DNA of 32,000 nucleotides from Pyrodictium delaneyi (GTDB lineage Archaea > Thermoproteota > Thermoprotei_A > Sulfolobales > Pyrodictiaceae): NCBI RefSeq assembly GCF_001412615.1, contig NZ_CP013011.1, positions 1,470,001 to 1,502,000 on the forward strand, given 5' to 3'. Under the pieces are notes generated by a model. That model did no database searches and was not told the DNA's origin. It saw only the letters and a list, made by a program, of their open reading frames with translations. Numbering within the stretch: position 1 is the stretch's first letter; each line of letters starts with the position of its first letter. This document shows positions 1 through 9,620 of this stretch, piece after piece. Made by a program: the position numbers and the translations under genes.

Positions 1-59
1 AGAAGACTGCTTGAAGGACTTTAGACTCGCGTTAGCTATTTGTGATTCCGCGAACTACG

Positions 60-77
60 ATGCTAGCTACCTAGCAT
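60..77 (-). repeat. perfect 7-bp inverted repeat ATGCTAG-ctac-CTAGCAT; possible 3' hairpin of the nuoC transcript
   Basis: Read directly: 60-66 is the reverse complement of 71-77 with a 4-nt loop. It lies about 26 nt past the nuoC stop codon (103-105). There is no adjacent T-run, so a terminator role is only a guess. Confidence 0.3.
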
Positions 78-102
78 GTAGCTTATTGGCTGAGCTGTAT
101 CC

Positions 103-630
103 TTACTCCTTTCCTTGTTCTTCTCTGGGTTTAAGCTCGGGTTTTAGCACCCATATTGGCTTGCTCTGCTTCGTCGTGGTGAAGGGCTCTTCTACTACGC
201 GGAAGTCCTTGCGGAGTGGATACACGTTCTCCGGCCAGTCCTCGGGCAGTAAGAGGTGGCGTAGATCAGGGTTGCCCTCGAAGATTACTCCTAGCATCTC
301 GTGCTCTTCTCTCTCCTGGAGCTGCGCCGCCGGGTAGATGTCGGCTATGCTGCTCACGCGGGGATTGTCCCGGGACACGTATACCTCGAGCGCCACTAAA
401 TCGGATGGGTTGTCTATTCGGGTGAAGTGGTAGACTAGCCTTATCCTGCCCTGCTTGGGCTCGTCTACGGCACTGAGTGACAGGAAGTAGTTGTAGCCTG
501 CGTCTCTCAGAGCCTCAGCTGCCTCGCGGAGCCGTTCTGGCGGCACAATTGCCGCCCTGTAGGTCTGTTGTTCTCTTACCTCGGATGCTATACCGCGTAG
601 CAGCTCTTCAAGCTCAGGCAAGGAGAACAC
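103..630 (-). CDS. nuoC: NADH:quinone oxidoreductase (complex I type) subunit C, 30-kDa subunit family
   Basis: 175-aa ORF with a GTG start at 630. The family pattern is present: RIRLVYHF, LVALEVYV and SIADIYPAAQLQEREEHEMLGVIFEGNPDLRHLLLPEDWPENVYPLRKDF (the ExE..mfG..F.g.Pdlr.ll.p.dw...PLRKD signature). It is divergent from nuoD. Confidence 0.85.
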   Translation of the reverse strand: MFSLPELEELLRGIASEVREQQTYRAAIVPPERLREAAEALRDAGYNYFLSLSAVDEPKQGRIRLVYHFTRIDNPSDLVALEVYVSRDNPRVSSIADIYPAAQLQEREEHEMLGVIFEGNPDLRHLLLPEDWPENVYPLRKDFRVVEEPFTTTKQSKPIWVLKPELKPREEQGKE

Positions 631-854
631 CCCTAGAAGCGAGGAGACTCCGGACCCTCCCTGTGCCGCTTATTCAGCCGGCCTCTGCATTTCCTGGCGT
701 CGTGGCAGGGTATAGACTTTAATGCTAGTGCTACGCGGTGCTGTAGCGACGAGAGTCCTCGTACCACAGACGTGTCTACACTTGCTTGATCGAGTATTTA
801 GTGATTTCATCTAAAGATTTCAATCTAAACTGAGCCCGGGGGAGTGTATCAGAG

Positions 855-2066
855 TTGACGACACTAGAGCTGCCGGGAATTCTAGCAAGAGAGGCTGGTA
901 CCCGTGAGGGTTACCGTGTAGTAGAATTGTTTATCGGTGCCCAGCACCCGGCTTCAGGGCACATGAGGCTCATTGCATACCTCGACGGCGACATCGTTGT
1001 CCGCGTTGACCCGGATATAGGCTACGTACACCGCACTATGGAGAAGCTTGCCGAACAGAGAGAGTACGTACGCGTCATAAGCCTTCTGGAGCGAATGACT
1101 ATAATAGATGCTTGTAACATTACACTCCCCTACGTGGAGGCTGTAGAAAGGCTCCTCGGAGTAGAGCCTCCACCCCGAGCCAAGTACCTTCGCACGATAC
1201 TCTGCGAGATCAACCGTATCGCAAGCCACCTTTACGGTCTCGGGATAGGCGGTATATTCCTCAACCATTCGACTATGTATATGTGGGCCTTTGGGGACCG
1301 CGAGGTTTTCGTACACCTGGCCTCACTAATTACAGGCTCCAGGCTTACCCACACCTACCCAATACCTGGCGGTGTAAGGCGAGATCTCCCCCAGGTGTTC
1401 CGCGACGAGTTCGAGAAAGCTAAACGCTATATGTTACGTCGCCTCAAGGAGTACGACAAGATATTCTTTAACAATCCTGTTGTACGAGGCCGCCTCGAGA
1501 ACGTAGGTGTGTTGTCGCGGCACCGCGCGATAACGCTTGGAGCTACAGGGCCAAACCTACGTGCTAGCGGTGTACGATACGACGCTCGTCTCCTAGGCTA
1601 CGCGGCCTACGGAGAATTAGGCTACGAGCCTGTAGTGGGAAGCGAGGGTGATGCGCTAGAGCGGGTCTGGGTAAGGCTACGTGAGATAGAGGCAAGTCTC
1701 GAGCTCATAGACCGCGCTCTAAGAGAGATGCCAGAGGGTCCCATACTAGCTGAGCAGTATGTAAGACTCATACCTCCACCAATGAGGAAGAAGTGGCTAG
1801 AAAAGGGCAGAGTAAAGCTACCCGGGAGCTATGTGAGGTTGAAGACTAAGCCGGGTGAGGTGATAACTCGGGGCGAGATGGGCCGCGGAGAGGTCACCTA
1901 CTTCCTCGTCAGCGACGGAGGAGTTAAGCCCTACAGGCTACGTGTAGTAACCCCGAGCGCCCGGAACCTAGTGCTCTTCGACGCACTTGCCAGAGGTCAT
2001 ACATTGATGGATCTCCCGGCTATCTATGGGAGCCTCGACTACTTCCCACCCGAAGCTGATAGGTAG
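855..2066 (+). CDS. nuoD: NADH:quinone oxidoreductase subunit D, 49-kDa subunit family
   Basis: 403 aa with a TTG start at 855 and GGGGGAGTG about 9 nt upstream. GAQHPASGHMRL near the N-terminus and the C-terminal GSLDYFPPEADR fit NuoD. The N-terminal RxCxxC and C-terminal DPCxxC NiFe-ligand motifs are absent, so it is not a hydrogenase large subunit. Confidence 0.93.
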   Translation: MTTLELPGILAREAGTREGYRVVELFIGAQHPASGHMRLIAYLDGDIVVRVDPDIGYVHRTMEKLAEQREYVRVISLLERMTIIDACNITLPYVEAVERLLGVEPPPRAKYLRTILCEINRIASHLYGLGIGGIFLNHSTMYMWAFGDREVFVHLASLITGSRLTHTYPIPGGVRRDLPQVFRDEFEKAKRYMLRRLKEYDKIFFNNPVVRGRLENVGVLSRHRAITLGATGPNLRASGVRYDARLLGYAAYGELGYEPVVGSEGDALERVWVRLREIEASLELIDRALREMPEGPILAEQYVRLIPPPMRKKWLEKGRVKLPGSYVRLKTKPGEVITRGEMGRGEVTYFLVSDGGVKPYRLRVVTPSARNLVLFDALARGHTLMDLPAIYGSLDYFPPEADR

Positions 2067-2081
2067 CGGGGCCTGGTAGCT

Positions 2082-3098
2082 GTGGTGTTCGAGGCTATCG
2101 CCGATCTCCTCAATGTGCCTGCCTGGCTTGTCCGAGCAGTATTTGCTCCCCTAGTCTACCCCGGGCTTCTAGCTTTCACGCTCACGGTCCTCTTCCTGAT
2201 CTGGGCCGAGCGTAAAATAGCCGCGAAAGTACAGATGCGCGTTGGACCATACTATGTATCACCCCGTATACATGGCGCCCTACAGATGCTAGCCGATGGC
2301 GTGAGATTTGCATTCCAGGAAATAATTGTGCCCCTAGAGGCAGAAAAGTGGAGCTTCATACTATCCCCAATGTTCGCCTTCACTATAGTTGCACTCTCCT
2401 TCACGGTTGTGCCCGGAGGCCCCGGGGTCTATGGGTTCCAGACCGAATTCAGCATGCTAGTAGCCTACGCGCTCATCACAATAGCGCCGATACTTACAAT
2501 AATAATGGGCTGGGCGTCTTCCAATAAGTTCGCCTACATAGGTGCTGGCCGTGAGGCCCTCGTCTCTATAACGGGTGAGGCTACTATCCTAGCCTCAATG
2601 TTAGCTGCGGCTATGATGTATGGCGTACTCGACTTTACCTCTGTCGTAGAGAAGCAGATTAATACCGGCATCATAGGGCTCATAGCCAACCCCATTGCAG
2701 CGCTTCTCTTCTTCATAGCTGTGCTGCTTGCTACCGACCGCGTACCATTCGACCTAGTGCTCGGCGAACAGGAGATCGTCCAGGGCCCCTATACCGAGTA
2801 TACTGGTCTACTCTTTGCATTAACAATGGCTATAGACTACGCCAAGCTCTACGTGCTCATGCTGATGTTTACTCACCTCTTCCTCGGCGGCTGGATGCCT
2901 TTTACCGACCCATTGCTTGGCAGTATAACAGTCCTAGCAAAGACAATTGTGCTTATGCTGCTAGCTGTGTTCCTTCGAGCGGTCTATGCTAGGATGAGGC
3001 TCGACCAAGTTGCTGCTTTCTTCTGGTCTCGTCTCTTCCCACTCGCCCTCATAGCCTTCGCGATATCGGCCATAGTGCACCCGGTGTTTGCGAGGTAG
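2082..3098 (+). CDS. nuoH: NADH:quinone oxidoreductase subunit H (ND1 family, polytopic membrane)
   Basis: 338 aa with a GTG start. WAERKIAAKVQMRVGPYYV matches the ND1 signature ERK..a..Q.R.GP. There are multiple hydrophobic spans, and the gene sits between nuoD and nuoI. Confidence 0.93.
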   Translation: MVFEAIADLLNVPAWLVRAVFAPLVYPGLLAFTLTVLFLIWAERKIAAKVQMRVGPYYVSPRIHGALQMLADGVRFAFQEIIVPLEAEKWSFILSPMFAFTIVALSFTVVPGGPGVYGFQTEFSMLVAYALITIAPILTIIMGWASSNKFAYIGAGREALVSITGEATILASMLAAAMMYGVLDFTSVVEKQINTGIIGLIANPIAALLFFIAVLLATDRVPFDLVLGEQEIVQGPYTEYTGLLFALTMAIDYAKLYVLMLMFTHLFLGGWMPFTDPLLGSITVLAKTIVLMLLAVFLRAVYARMRLDQVAAFFWSRLFPLALIAFAISAIVHPVFAR

Positions 3099-3106
3099 GC
3101 CGTGCC

Positions 3107-3625
3107 TTGGCCCCTGAGCTAAGTGAGCCGAGGAGAGGAAGACGGCCCAGGGTAAACCCGGTACGGGGTCACCTAGATGCGATACTAGCTGCCGCCAGGC
3201 AAATGCTCAAACCCTCGATAACACTCCGGTACCCGGATGTTGAGGAGGCTAAGCCGGAGCACTACCGGGGCATCATACTATTTGACTACGACAAGTGTAT
3301 CGGATGCAGTCTCTGTGCCCAGATCTGTCCATCCCGGGCTATCAAGATGTATCGTGTACCAGGCGACAAGAGAATGAGGCCGGGATACAACCTGGGGCGC
3401 TGTATATTCTGTGGGCTCTGCACCGATATCTGCCCGACCGACGCGCTGGAGACGAGCATTATCCACGACCGATCGTTCGAGACAGTCGAGTCGATGATCT
3501 TTGACCCGGTTGACTGGACCCTCTACAGCCGCAGGTTACGCGAGGAGGCCGAGAAACCCCCTAGACCCCGCGTAAGGACTATTGTTGACGAGGAGGTGGG
3601 GCTCCGGTATGAGCCTACAGGCTAG
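3107..3625 (+). CDS. nuoI: NADH:quinone oxidoreductase subunit I (2x[4Fe-4S] ferredoxin-type)
   Basis: 172 aa. Two CxxCxxCxxxCP motifs are present: CIGCSLCAQICP and CIFCGLCTDICP. The start is uncertain: TTG at 3107 per the ORF track, or ATG at 3203, which would give MLKPSITLRYP. Confidence 0.9.
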   Translation: MAPELSEPRRGRRPRVNPVRGHLDAILAAARQMLKPSITLRYPDVEEAKPEHYRGIILFDYDKCIGCSLCAQICPSRAIKMYRVPGDKRMRPGYNLGRCIFCGLCTDICPTDALETSIIHDRSFETVESMIFDPVDWTLYSRRLREEAEKPPRPRVRTIVDEEVGLRYEPTG

Positions 3626-4127
3626 CTTGTTCGACGCAGCCATAGTGACCTCGCTGGCGGCTGTAGCCGCTGGCTCCATAGGCGCAGTAGTAGCTAGAAA
3701 GACCGTACACAGTGTAGCTTGGCTGGTAATAGCTTCGCTAGGCGTCGCCGCCATGTTCGCGCTGCTAGGCTACGGTTACCTCTCGGTATTCCACATAGTA
3801 GTCTATGTTGGCACAAGTGTCACACTGTTAGCAATAGTGGTCATGATGGTGGGCTGTAGCATAGACCCCAAGACCTGGCGGCCTGGCAGGCTTATACTGG
3901 CGTTCTTTGCTGCTGCTGCGCTCGAAGCACCACTGGCACTCCATGCATTCAGTAATCCGCTAAGTAGCAGCGAAATAGCCGGTCGAGGCCTTGGATTCGA
4001 AAGAGCCTCAAGCATACTTCTTGACTGCTGGGTATGTACATTATTAATGATAATAACCGTGGCTGCTGTAATCGTCGAAGCTATAGCTATAGCCCGTGGG
4101 CGGCAGTTTGGCCCCCGGGGCGAGTAG
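3609..4127 (+). CDS. nuoJ: NADH:quinone oxidoreductase subunit J (ND6 family)
   Basis: The ORF track starts at TTG 3582. ATG 3609 is preceded by AGGAGGTGGGG (3591-3601) at Shine-Dalgarno distance, so I place the start there, giving 172 aa and a 17-nt overlap with nuoI. The protein is a hydrophobic small subunit in the canonical position. Confidence 0.8.
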   Translation: MSLQASLFDAAIVTSLAAVAAGSIGAVVARKTVHSVAWLVIASLGVAAMFALLGYGYLSVFHIVVYVGTSVTLLAIVVMMVGCSIDPKTWRPGRLILAFFAAAALEAPLALHAFSNPLSSSEIAGRGLGFERASSILLDCWVCTLLMIITVAAVIVEAIAIARGRQFGPRGE

Positions 4128-4154
4128 TTCGGAGAAAAACACATGTCGTCAAGA

Positions 4155-4163
4155 TTTTATAAT
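4155..4163 (+). promoter_or_regulatory. TATA-like box TTTTATAAT inside the nuoJ-nuoK gap (possible internal promoter)
   Basis: An 80-bp AT-rich gap (4128-4207) interrupts an otherwise overlapping or abutting operon. The TTTTATAAT lies about 45-50 nt upstream of the nuoK GTG at 4208. Confidence 0.3.
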
Positions 4164-4207
4164 CCATTGATAATTGGTTACAGTGTCATGCTATTCACAT
4201 AGATGGT

Positions 4208-4531
4208 GTGCGAGCCGTGGAAGGCATAACACTAGCGGCACTCGTCTATCTTGCAGCCTTCATATCTAGTATGGCCGGCATATACGGTGTAATGACAGCG
4301 CGTAGCATTGTAAAGCTTCTCATCTCAATAGAGATACTCTTCAATTCCATAGTCCTTACAGCCTCGTACATAGGTGTAGTTTCCGGCGCCGATCCCGGGT
4401 TCTATAGCCTTCTCCTCGCAACCATAGTCCTCACAATAGCCGAGATAGCCATAGTGGCTGCTATACTCATCCTCGTGTACCGTGAGAAGAAGAGTCTCAG
4501 TACCGATCTTCTCTCGGAAATCAAGGGGTGA
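4208..4531 (+). CDS. nuoK: NADH:quinone oxidoreductase subunit K (ND4L family)
   Basis: 107 aa with three hydrophobic helices. LLISIEILFNSIVL matches the ND4L L..lE.m.Na.nl motif with the conserved membrane glutamate. GTG start; an alternative GTG lies at 4217. Confidence 0.85.
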   Translation: MRAVEGITLAALVYLAAFISSMAGIYGVMTARSIVKLLISIEILFNSIVLTASYIGVVSGADPGFYSLLLATIVLTIAEIAIVAAILILVYREKKSLSTDLLSEIKG

Positions 4532-4538
4532 CCGGGCC

Positions 4539-6047
4539 GTGGAGGAGCAAATCATTAGTCTACCTCTGCTGTGGCTCAGCGTGCTCGCGCCCATAGTTTC
4601 CGGTATAGCCAGTGGTCTCTATGCCCGTAGTATCGGGAGTCGAGGCCACATGTTGCTGACCGCCGCGAGTTGGCTGATCTCCATAGCGCTATTAATTCCA
4701 GGTGCTACAATAGCCCTGCGAGGCAACGTCGTAATAGATCCCCTCTGGGCCATCGTACCCGGTGTTGGCGTCTTCAGTCTCTTCCTAGACTCCATAGGAG
4801 CTATTCTCGCGCTCACTATAGCTATAGTGAGTCTGCTCATCGCCCTATACTCGCTACCCTACATGGAGCATCGATTCGAGGAAATGAAGGCGGGAGAGAA
4901 GAGCTGGGGAGTCTACTACATGCTATATCAGCTATTCACTGCTGGTATGCTTGGCGCAGTACTGGCTGGTAATGGTGTACTCTTCTACCTCTTCCTCGAG
5001 CTCACGCTCATACCTAGCGCTCTACTCATAGTCCTATACGGGTATGGCGACAGAATACGCGTAGGCCTCATCTACCTTGTCTGGACCCATGTAGGCGCAC
5101 TTCTCTTCCTACTCGGACTCTTCCTTGTCGGCATCTACGACTACTATGTGCCAGGAAGCGGCTACGTCACAGGAGTGGGTGCTGGAAGACTTCTACCCCT
5201 CGCACTAATAGTGGTCGGGCTTGGCATGAAGTCTGCACTTGCTGGGCTTCACATCTGGCTCCCCTACGCCCACGCCGAGGCTCCTACCCCGGTGTCAGCG
5301 CTGCTATCCCCCCTCCTCATAGGCCTCGGCGGCTATGCTATGCTCCGCGTTGGCATTGGCTTCTTCCCCGACGTTTGGCAGCGAATAAGCATTATACTCT
5401 TTATCTGGGCTGTAGCTACAATGCTCTACGGCGGCTTCTTGGTACTCGCCCAGCGTGACGTAAAGCGTCTCTTCGCGTATAGTAGCGTCTCTCAGATGGG
5501 CTACATGATGCTAGGTCTGGCCGTAGCTAATCCACTCGGCGAAGCCGGAGCTATGCTCCACTATGTTGCCCACGCACTAGGCAAGGCTATCCTCTTCGGC
5601 GTCGCCGGCGTACTGATAGCGGGGCTCGGCACCCGAAGACTCGACGATCTAGGGGGCTTGTTGTCGCGAATGCCCTATACAGCTGCCGTATCCTTGCTCG
5701 GGTTTATGCTGCTATCCGGGTTGCCGCCGACACTTGGGCTCTGGAGCGAGGTCTATCTCGTCTTCGGGTTCGCCGACTGGGCTATGGGCTATGGTCCCGG
5801 CGTATTCGTGCTATTAGCCGTGGCTACTGCCGCAGCTATGACACTTACTGCTATCTACAGCTTTCTAGCATTCAAGAATATGTTCCTAGGCGGGCCCGGT
5901 CCCAGCACCGAGAAGGCCAGCGAGGATAAGGTAAGGGGGTTGCTAGCGCCGCTAGTGATACTAGGCGTGCTGGGGATTGCACTCTTCCTAGCTGTAGGCG
6001 TCCTAGCAGGCCCAATGCTCGATACCATGCACGTCGTCTACGGCTAG
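4539..6047 (+). CDS. nuoM: NADH:quinone oxidoreductase subunit M (ND4 family antiporter-like)
   Basis: The ORF track starts at 4482, inside nuoK. The in-frame GTG at 4539 follows AAGGGGTGA and removes a basic non-membrane leader. WLPYAHAEAPTPVSALLS matches the WLP.AH.EAPT.gS motif. At about 500 aa the size fits M rather than L. Confidence 0.82.
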   Translation: MEEQIISLPLLWLSVLAPIVSGIASGLYARSIGSRGHMLLTAASWLISIALLIPGATIALRGNVVIDPLWAIVPGVGVFSLFLDSIGAILALTIAIVSLLIALYSLPYMEHRFEEMKAGEKSWGVYYMLYQLFTAGMLGAVLAGNGVLFYLFLELTLIPSALLIVLYGYGDRIRVGLIYLVWTHVGALLFLLGLFLVGIYDYYVPGSGYVTGVGAGRLLPLALIVVGLGMKSALAGLHIWLPYAHAEAPTPVSALLSPLLIGLGGYAMLRVGIGFFPDVWQRISIILFIWAVATMLYGGFLVLAQRDVKRLFAYSSVSQMGYMMLGLAVANPLGEAGAMLHYVAHALGKAILFGVAGVLIAGLGTRRLDDLGGLLSRMPYTAAVSLLGFMLLSGLPPTLGLWSEVYLVFGFADWAMGYGPGVFVLLAVATAAAMTLTAIYSFLAFKNMFLGGPGPSTEKASEDKVRGLLAPLVILGVLGIALFLAVGVLAGPMLDTMHVVYG

Positions 6048-6085
6048 AGCGCACAAGGCTAAGAGCACAAGGTTGTAGGGGTGCA

Positions 6086-8167
6086 GTGGCCGTGACCGAG
6101 ACAGCCGGGCTGGTCGCACTAGCCGCTGTTGTCTCAAGCTATATTGCTGCACTCTTAGTGATACTGGAGGCCGTAGCCGGCACTGGCTGGAGAAAGATAG
6201 CGTGGACTGGCGTAGCAGGCACCGCTGCCTCGGCGCTGTTCTCTTGGCTCGCGTTGCTCCAGGGCGAAGGCCGCATATCGTATACTTGGGTACCGGGTAT
6301 CGATGTCGAGCTAGCGCTACATGTTGACATGCTTTCGGGCATAGTGGGTGTGGTAGTGGCTACCCTTAGCCTGCTCATAGCGCTCTATAGTGTCGAGTAC
6401 ATCGGCGAGTGGGGGGCTGCGCGGTACTGGCTCTTCTATAGCTTCTTCGTGGCTAGCATGCTGCTCCTAGTCTATGCCGACGATCTCGTTGTCATGTTCA
6501 TAGGCTGGGAGGGTACCGGGCTTGCAAGCTGGGCATTGATAGGCTTCTACTATGATGACAGAAAGGAGGCCTGGGTAGGCGATCCTGGCAGAAAGAGGCT
6601 AGGAGTGCCCATGTGGTTCACCCCAACCCATAGTGGGCTTAGAGCTCTCTCCTTCACGAGAGTCGGCGATATGGCTATGCTCATAGGTGTTGGCCTTGTG
6701 TTTGCCGTGTTAGGCTCCACTAGCATATCTGCTGCAGAGGAGTATTCTGTCAGGCTACTCTCGGAGCTGAACATGAAGGGTCTTGTAGCAGCATGGATAG
6801 CATTCTTCTATCTTGGCGCGCTGGCAAAGAGCGCACAGTTCCCGTTCCACGAGTGGCTCGTAACAGCTATGACTGGGCCCACCTCGGTCTCGGCACTGAT
6901 CCATGCTGCTACTATGGTTAAGGCCGGTGTCTACTTTGCTCTCCGCTTTACTCCCGCTATAGCAGCCGGACTGGCATTGCTACATGGTACCGGACTGGGC
7001 GTGCTAGAGACGATGGCATGGATCGCCTTGTTGACCGCGTTCGCAACAGCTTCTATGGCTCTCGTAGCCCGGGAGCTTAAGCTCATACTAGCATTCTCGA
7101 CCGCGAGTCAACTCTCCTATATGATGGCAGCTGTCTTCGCTGCCGCTGTCTCCGGCGATCCAGCACTTGGGAGCCTAGGAGGCTTAGCCCATCTTGCCTC
7201 ACACGCCGTGTTCAAGGCTGCTCTATTCTTAGCGGCCGGCGCGATAATTCACGAGCTGCATACCCGCTACATAACCGATATGGGTGGGCTACGCCGCTAC
7301 ATGCCGTACACGTTTGCAGCCATGTTGCTCGCCGGCTTAAGCCTAGCCGCATTGCCGCCGTTCTCGGGCTGGTGGACCAAAGACCTGGCTGTACAAGCTA
7401 TAGCTAGGCTGGGAGGCCGTGCAAGCCTTGCCGCACTAGCTACTGCTGTTATAACAAGCTTCTACACGATGAGAATGATCTACTATGTCTTCATAGCTTC
7501 TCCTCAGAGAGAGCTACATGCTAAGGAGCCTGGAGCGCTAATGCTAACACCGTACCTTGTACTAGGTATTGCATCGCTAGGTCTCGGGATAGCATGGCCA
7601 TGGCTGGAGCATTTCTTCGCCGAAGCTGCCGGGCTTTACCATCCCGAGCTAGAAGAGCATTTAGTGATTTACGGCACACTTGCTGCTATACTCGGCGTGT
7701 CGGGTTTAGCCCTATACTTTACTCGCCTCCTTCCACTTCATCGTGTCGAGGAGAAGCCACTACTGGGGACTCTCCACGGATTCCTCTACGATCGTTGGCT
7801 CATTAACCCCCTAATGTACCGGCTAATAGTATACCCCAGCGCTGGACTCTCCCATGCACTAGTACGGCTAGAGGCGTGGCTCGATACCGCTGTACATCAA
7901 GGCTTAGCTGGGCTGGGGGCTCGAGCGGTAGAACTACTAAGCAGACGTACGGAAACACGGATGGATGAACTGGCTCACGTAGCCCTCCCTCGCAGCATAG
8001 CTGTAATGAGCGCATGGGTGAGGAGAGCCCAAAGCGGTGATGTAAGGCTCTACCTGGCCTACTTCATGGTCGGTATGGTGCTCGCTGCCACGATATCGAC
8101 TGTTGTAATATTCTTCATAGCTCGCCTTGTCGCACCCGTTGTAGAAACTATTAGCCCACCGGGGTGA
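6086..8167 (+). CDS. nuoL: NADH:quinone oxidoreductase subunit L (ND5 family, with C-terminal lateral-helix extension)
   Basis: 693 aa. FIGWEGTGLASWALIGFYY and FHEWLVTAMTGPTSVSALIHAATMVKAGVY are ND5/NuoL signatures. A long C-terminal extension ends in a final TM helix. Confidence 0.9.
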   Translation: MAVTETAGLVALAAVVSSYIAALLVILEAVAGTGWRKIAWTGVAGTAASALFSWLALLQGEGRISYTWVPGIDVELALHVDMLSGIVGVVVATLSLLIALYSVEYIGEWGAARYWLFYSFFVASMLLLVYADDLVVMFIGWEGTGLASWALIGFYYDDRKEAWVGDPGRKRLGVPMWFTPTHSGLRALSFTRVGDMAMLIGVGLVFAVLGSTSISAAEEYSVRLLSELNMKGLVAAWIAFFYLGALAKSAQFPFHEWLVTAMTGPTSVSALIHAATMVKAGVYFALRFTPAIAAGLALLHGTGLGVLETMAWIALLTAFATASMALVARELKLILAFSTASQLSYMMAAVFAAAVSGDPALGSLGGLAHLASHAVFKAALFLAAGAIIHELHTRYITDMGGLRRYMPYTFAAMLLAGLSLAALPPFSGWWTKDLAVQAIARLGGRASLAALATAVITSFYTMRMIYYVFIASPQRELHAKEPGALMLTPYLVLGIASLGLGIAWPWLEHFFAEAAGLYHPELEEHLVIYGTLAAILGVSGLALYFTRLLPLHRVEEKPLLGTLHGFLYDRWLINPLMYRLIVYPSAGLSHALVRLEAWLDTAVHQGLAGLGARAVELLSRRTETRMDELAHVALPRSIAVMSAWVRRAQSGDVRLYLAYFMVGMVLAATISTVVIFFIARLVAPVVETISPPG

Positions 8168-8174
8168 TGACAAG

Positions 8175-9620
8175 GTGACTACACCTCTCGCCAGCCTCGA
8201 TATCACAGGAGTAGTTGAGTACGGCTTTCTAGCAGTGATAGCTGGCTACGCGTTTACCGGGCTTGTAGCACCACTCTGGGGCCCACGGGCTACCCGACTC
8301 AGCTTGTATGCTGCCACATTGATAGCCATCGCTGCCGCCCTTTATGCCTCATTAGTCTTCTCTCCTGTTGGCGGCTATGCGATCGCCTTTGACGGCGCCG
8401 TTGTAATCGATACTTATACTGTGTTTCTACTCTCTACTGCTGTGATAATATTCGCGCTAGCTGCCGTCGCGGCTACTGGTATAGTCGATTACTGGGATGC
8501 AGGAGAGGCATTCTACGCCGTAACAGGGTTCATGGCGCTCGGCGTGATAGTGCTAGGGCTCTCCCGCATCCTCTACCTAGTCTACGTAGCCTGGATACTG
8601 GCCGCCGTCTCGGGCTACATACTAGTAGCACTCCGCCGCGACCCTATAGCTGCCGAAGCAGCGATGAAGTATGCCGTGACAGGCGCAGTAGCCACCATAA
8701 TCCTCCTCCTTGACCTTGTGCTCTTCTACGTTGTGCGCGGCAGTGCCGAGATAGCCCCTGGTGTGAGGCTCAGTGACCCTCTCTTCGTTACACCAGTAGT
8801 AGCTCTAGCAATAGTAGCTGCTGGCTTCAAGATGGGCGTTGTGCCTTTTCACGGCTGGGTAGTAGATGTCTACGGTAATGCACGTCCCCTCATAGTAGCA
8901 GTGATAAGCTCTGCCGCCAAAATAATATCCGCGCTACTGATAGTGAGGCTCGTCGCCCCCTTTGCCGCCGCACAGCCTGACATAGTGCTCTGGACTGCCG
9001 CCTCACTGGCAGCAATAACCATGCTCTACGGAAACCTAGGTGCATTACTCACGGTTAGAGATTCGCCACAGAAAACACTAGCCTACAGTAGTATAGCCCA
9101 AGCCGGCTACATAGTAGCCGGCTTTGCCGCGCTCGCCAAACTACCCGGTGTTGACAACCAGGCAGCACTGGCAGGTATAGTGCTACATACGGCCGGCTAC
9201 GCGTTCTCTAAGCTCGCGAGCTTCCTCGCCCTCGATATAGCCTGTGAGGAAGAGGGCCAATGTAGCTGGAGAGCGCTGCGCGGTCTAGCACATCGCAACC
9301 CAGTAGCAGCAACCGCGCTTATAATCGCGCTAGCGAGTCTCGCGGGGGCACCACCGACGCTAGGATTCTGGGGCAAACTTTACCTCCTGATAGCCGCTGT
9401 CTCAGCTAACCACCTCCTAGCCGCGATAATGATACTTAATTTCGGACTTGGAGTCTTCTACTACGGTTACATGATATATCAAACAGTTGCTGGGCCCAGG
9501 CAATCCAGCGAGAAACCTAGCACTAGGGAAATAGCTGCACTAGCAGCAGCTGTATCTACTGTGCTGCTCGGCCTAGCCCCCTGGGAGGCTTATGGGCTCA
9601 CCGTCTACGCATATCCATAG
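8175..9620 (+). CDS. nuoN: NADH:quinone oxidoreductase subunit N (ND2 family)
   Basis: 481 aa with a GTG start. PFHGWVVDVYGNARPLIVAVISSAAKI matches PFH.W.pDvY.G.p. It is polytopic and is the last gene of the cluster. Confidence 0.85.
   Translation: MTTPLASLDITGVVEYGFLAVIAGYAFTGLVAPLWGPRATRLSLYAATLIAIAAALYASLVFSPVGGYAIAFDGAVVIDTYTVFLLSTAVIIFALAAVAATGIVDYWDAGEAFYAVTGFMALGVIVLGLSRILYLVYVAWILAAVSGYILVALRRDPIAAEAAMKYAVTGAVATIILLLDLVLFYVVRGSAEIAPGVRLSDPLFVTPVVALAIVAAGFKMGVVPFHGWVVDVYGNARPLIVAVISSAAKIISALLIVRLVAPFAAAQPDIVLWTAASLAAITMLYGNLGALLTVRDSPQKTLAYSSIAQAGYIVAGFAALAKLPGVDNQAALAGIVLHTAGYAFSKLASFLALDIACEEEGQCSWRALRGLAHRNPVAATALIIALASLAGAPPTLGFWGKLYLLIAAVSANHLLAAIMILNFGLGVFYYGYMIYQTVAGPRQSSEKPSTREIAALAAAVSTVLLGLAPWEAYGLTVYAYP

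Noticed and set aside
954-1316. Antisense or alternative-frame ORFs inside well-supported genes. Examples: 954-1316, 3803-4144, 6139-6378, 7937-8206, 13647-13949, 14421-14765, 15667-16011, 16002-16583, 17855-18169, 23545-24054, 24376-24777, 25611-25895.
   Set aside because: Each lies opposite to or out of frame with a gene that has strong family motifs. Their translations are Arg/Pro/Ser/Ala-rich and low in complexity, as expected for chance open frames in GC-rich DNA.
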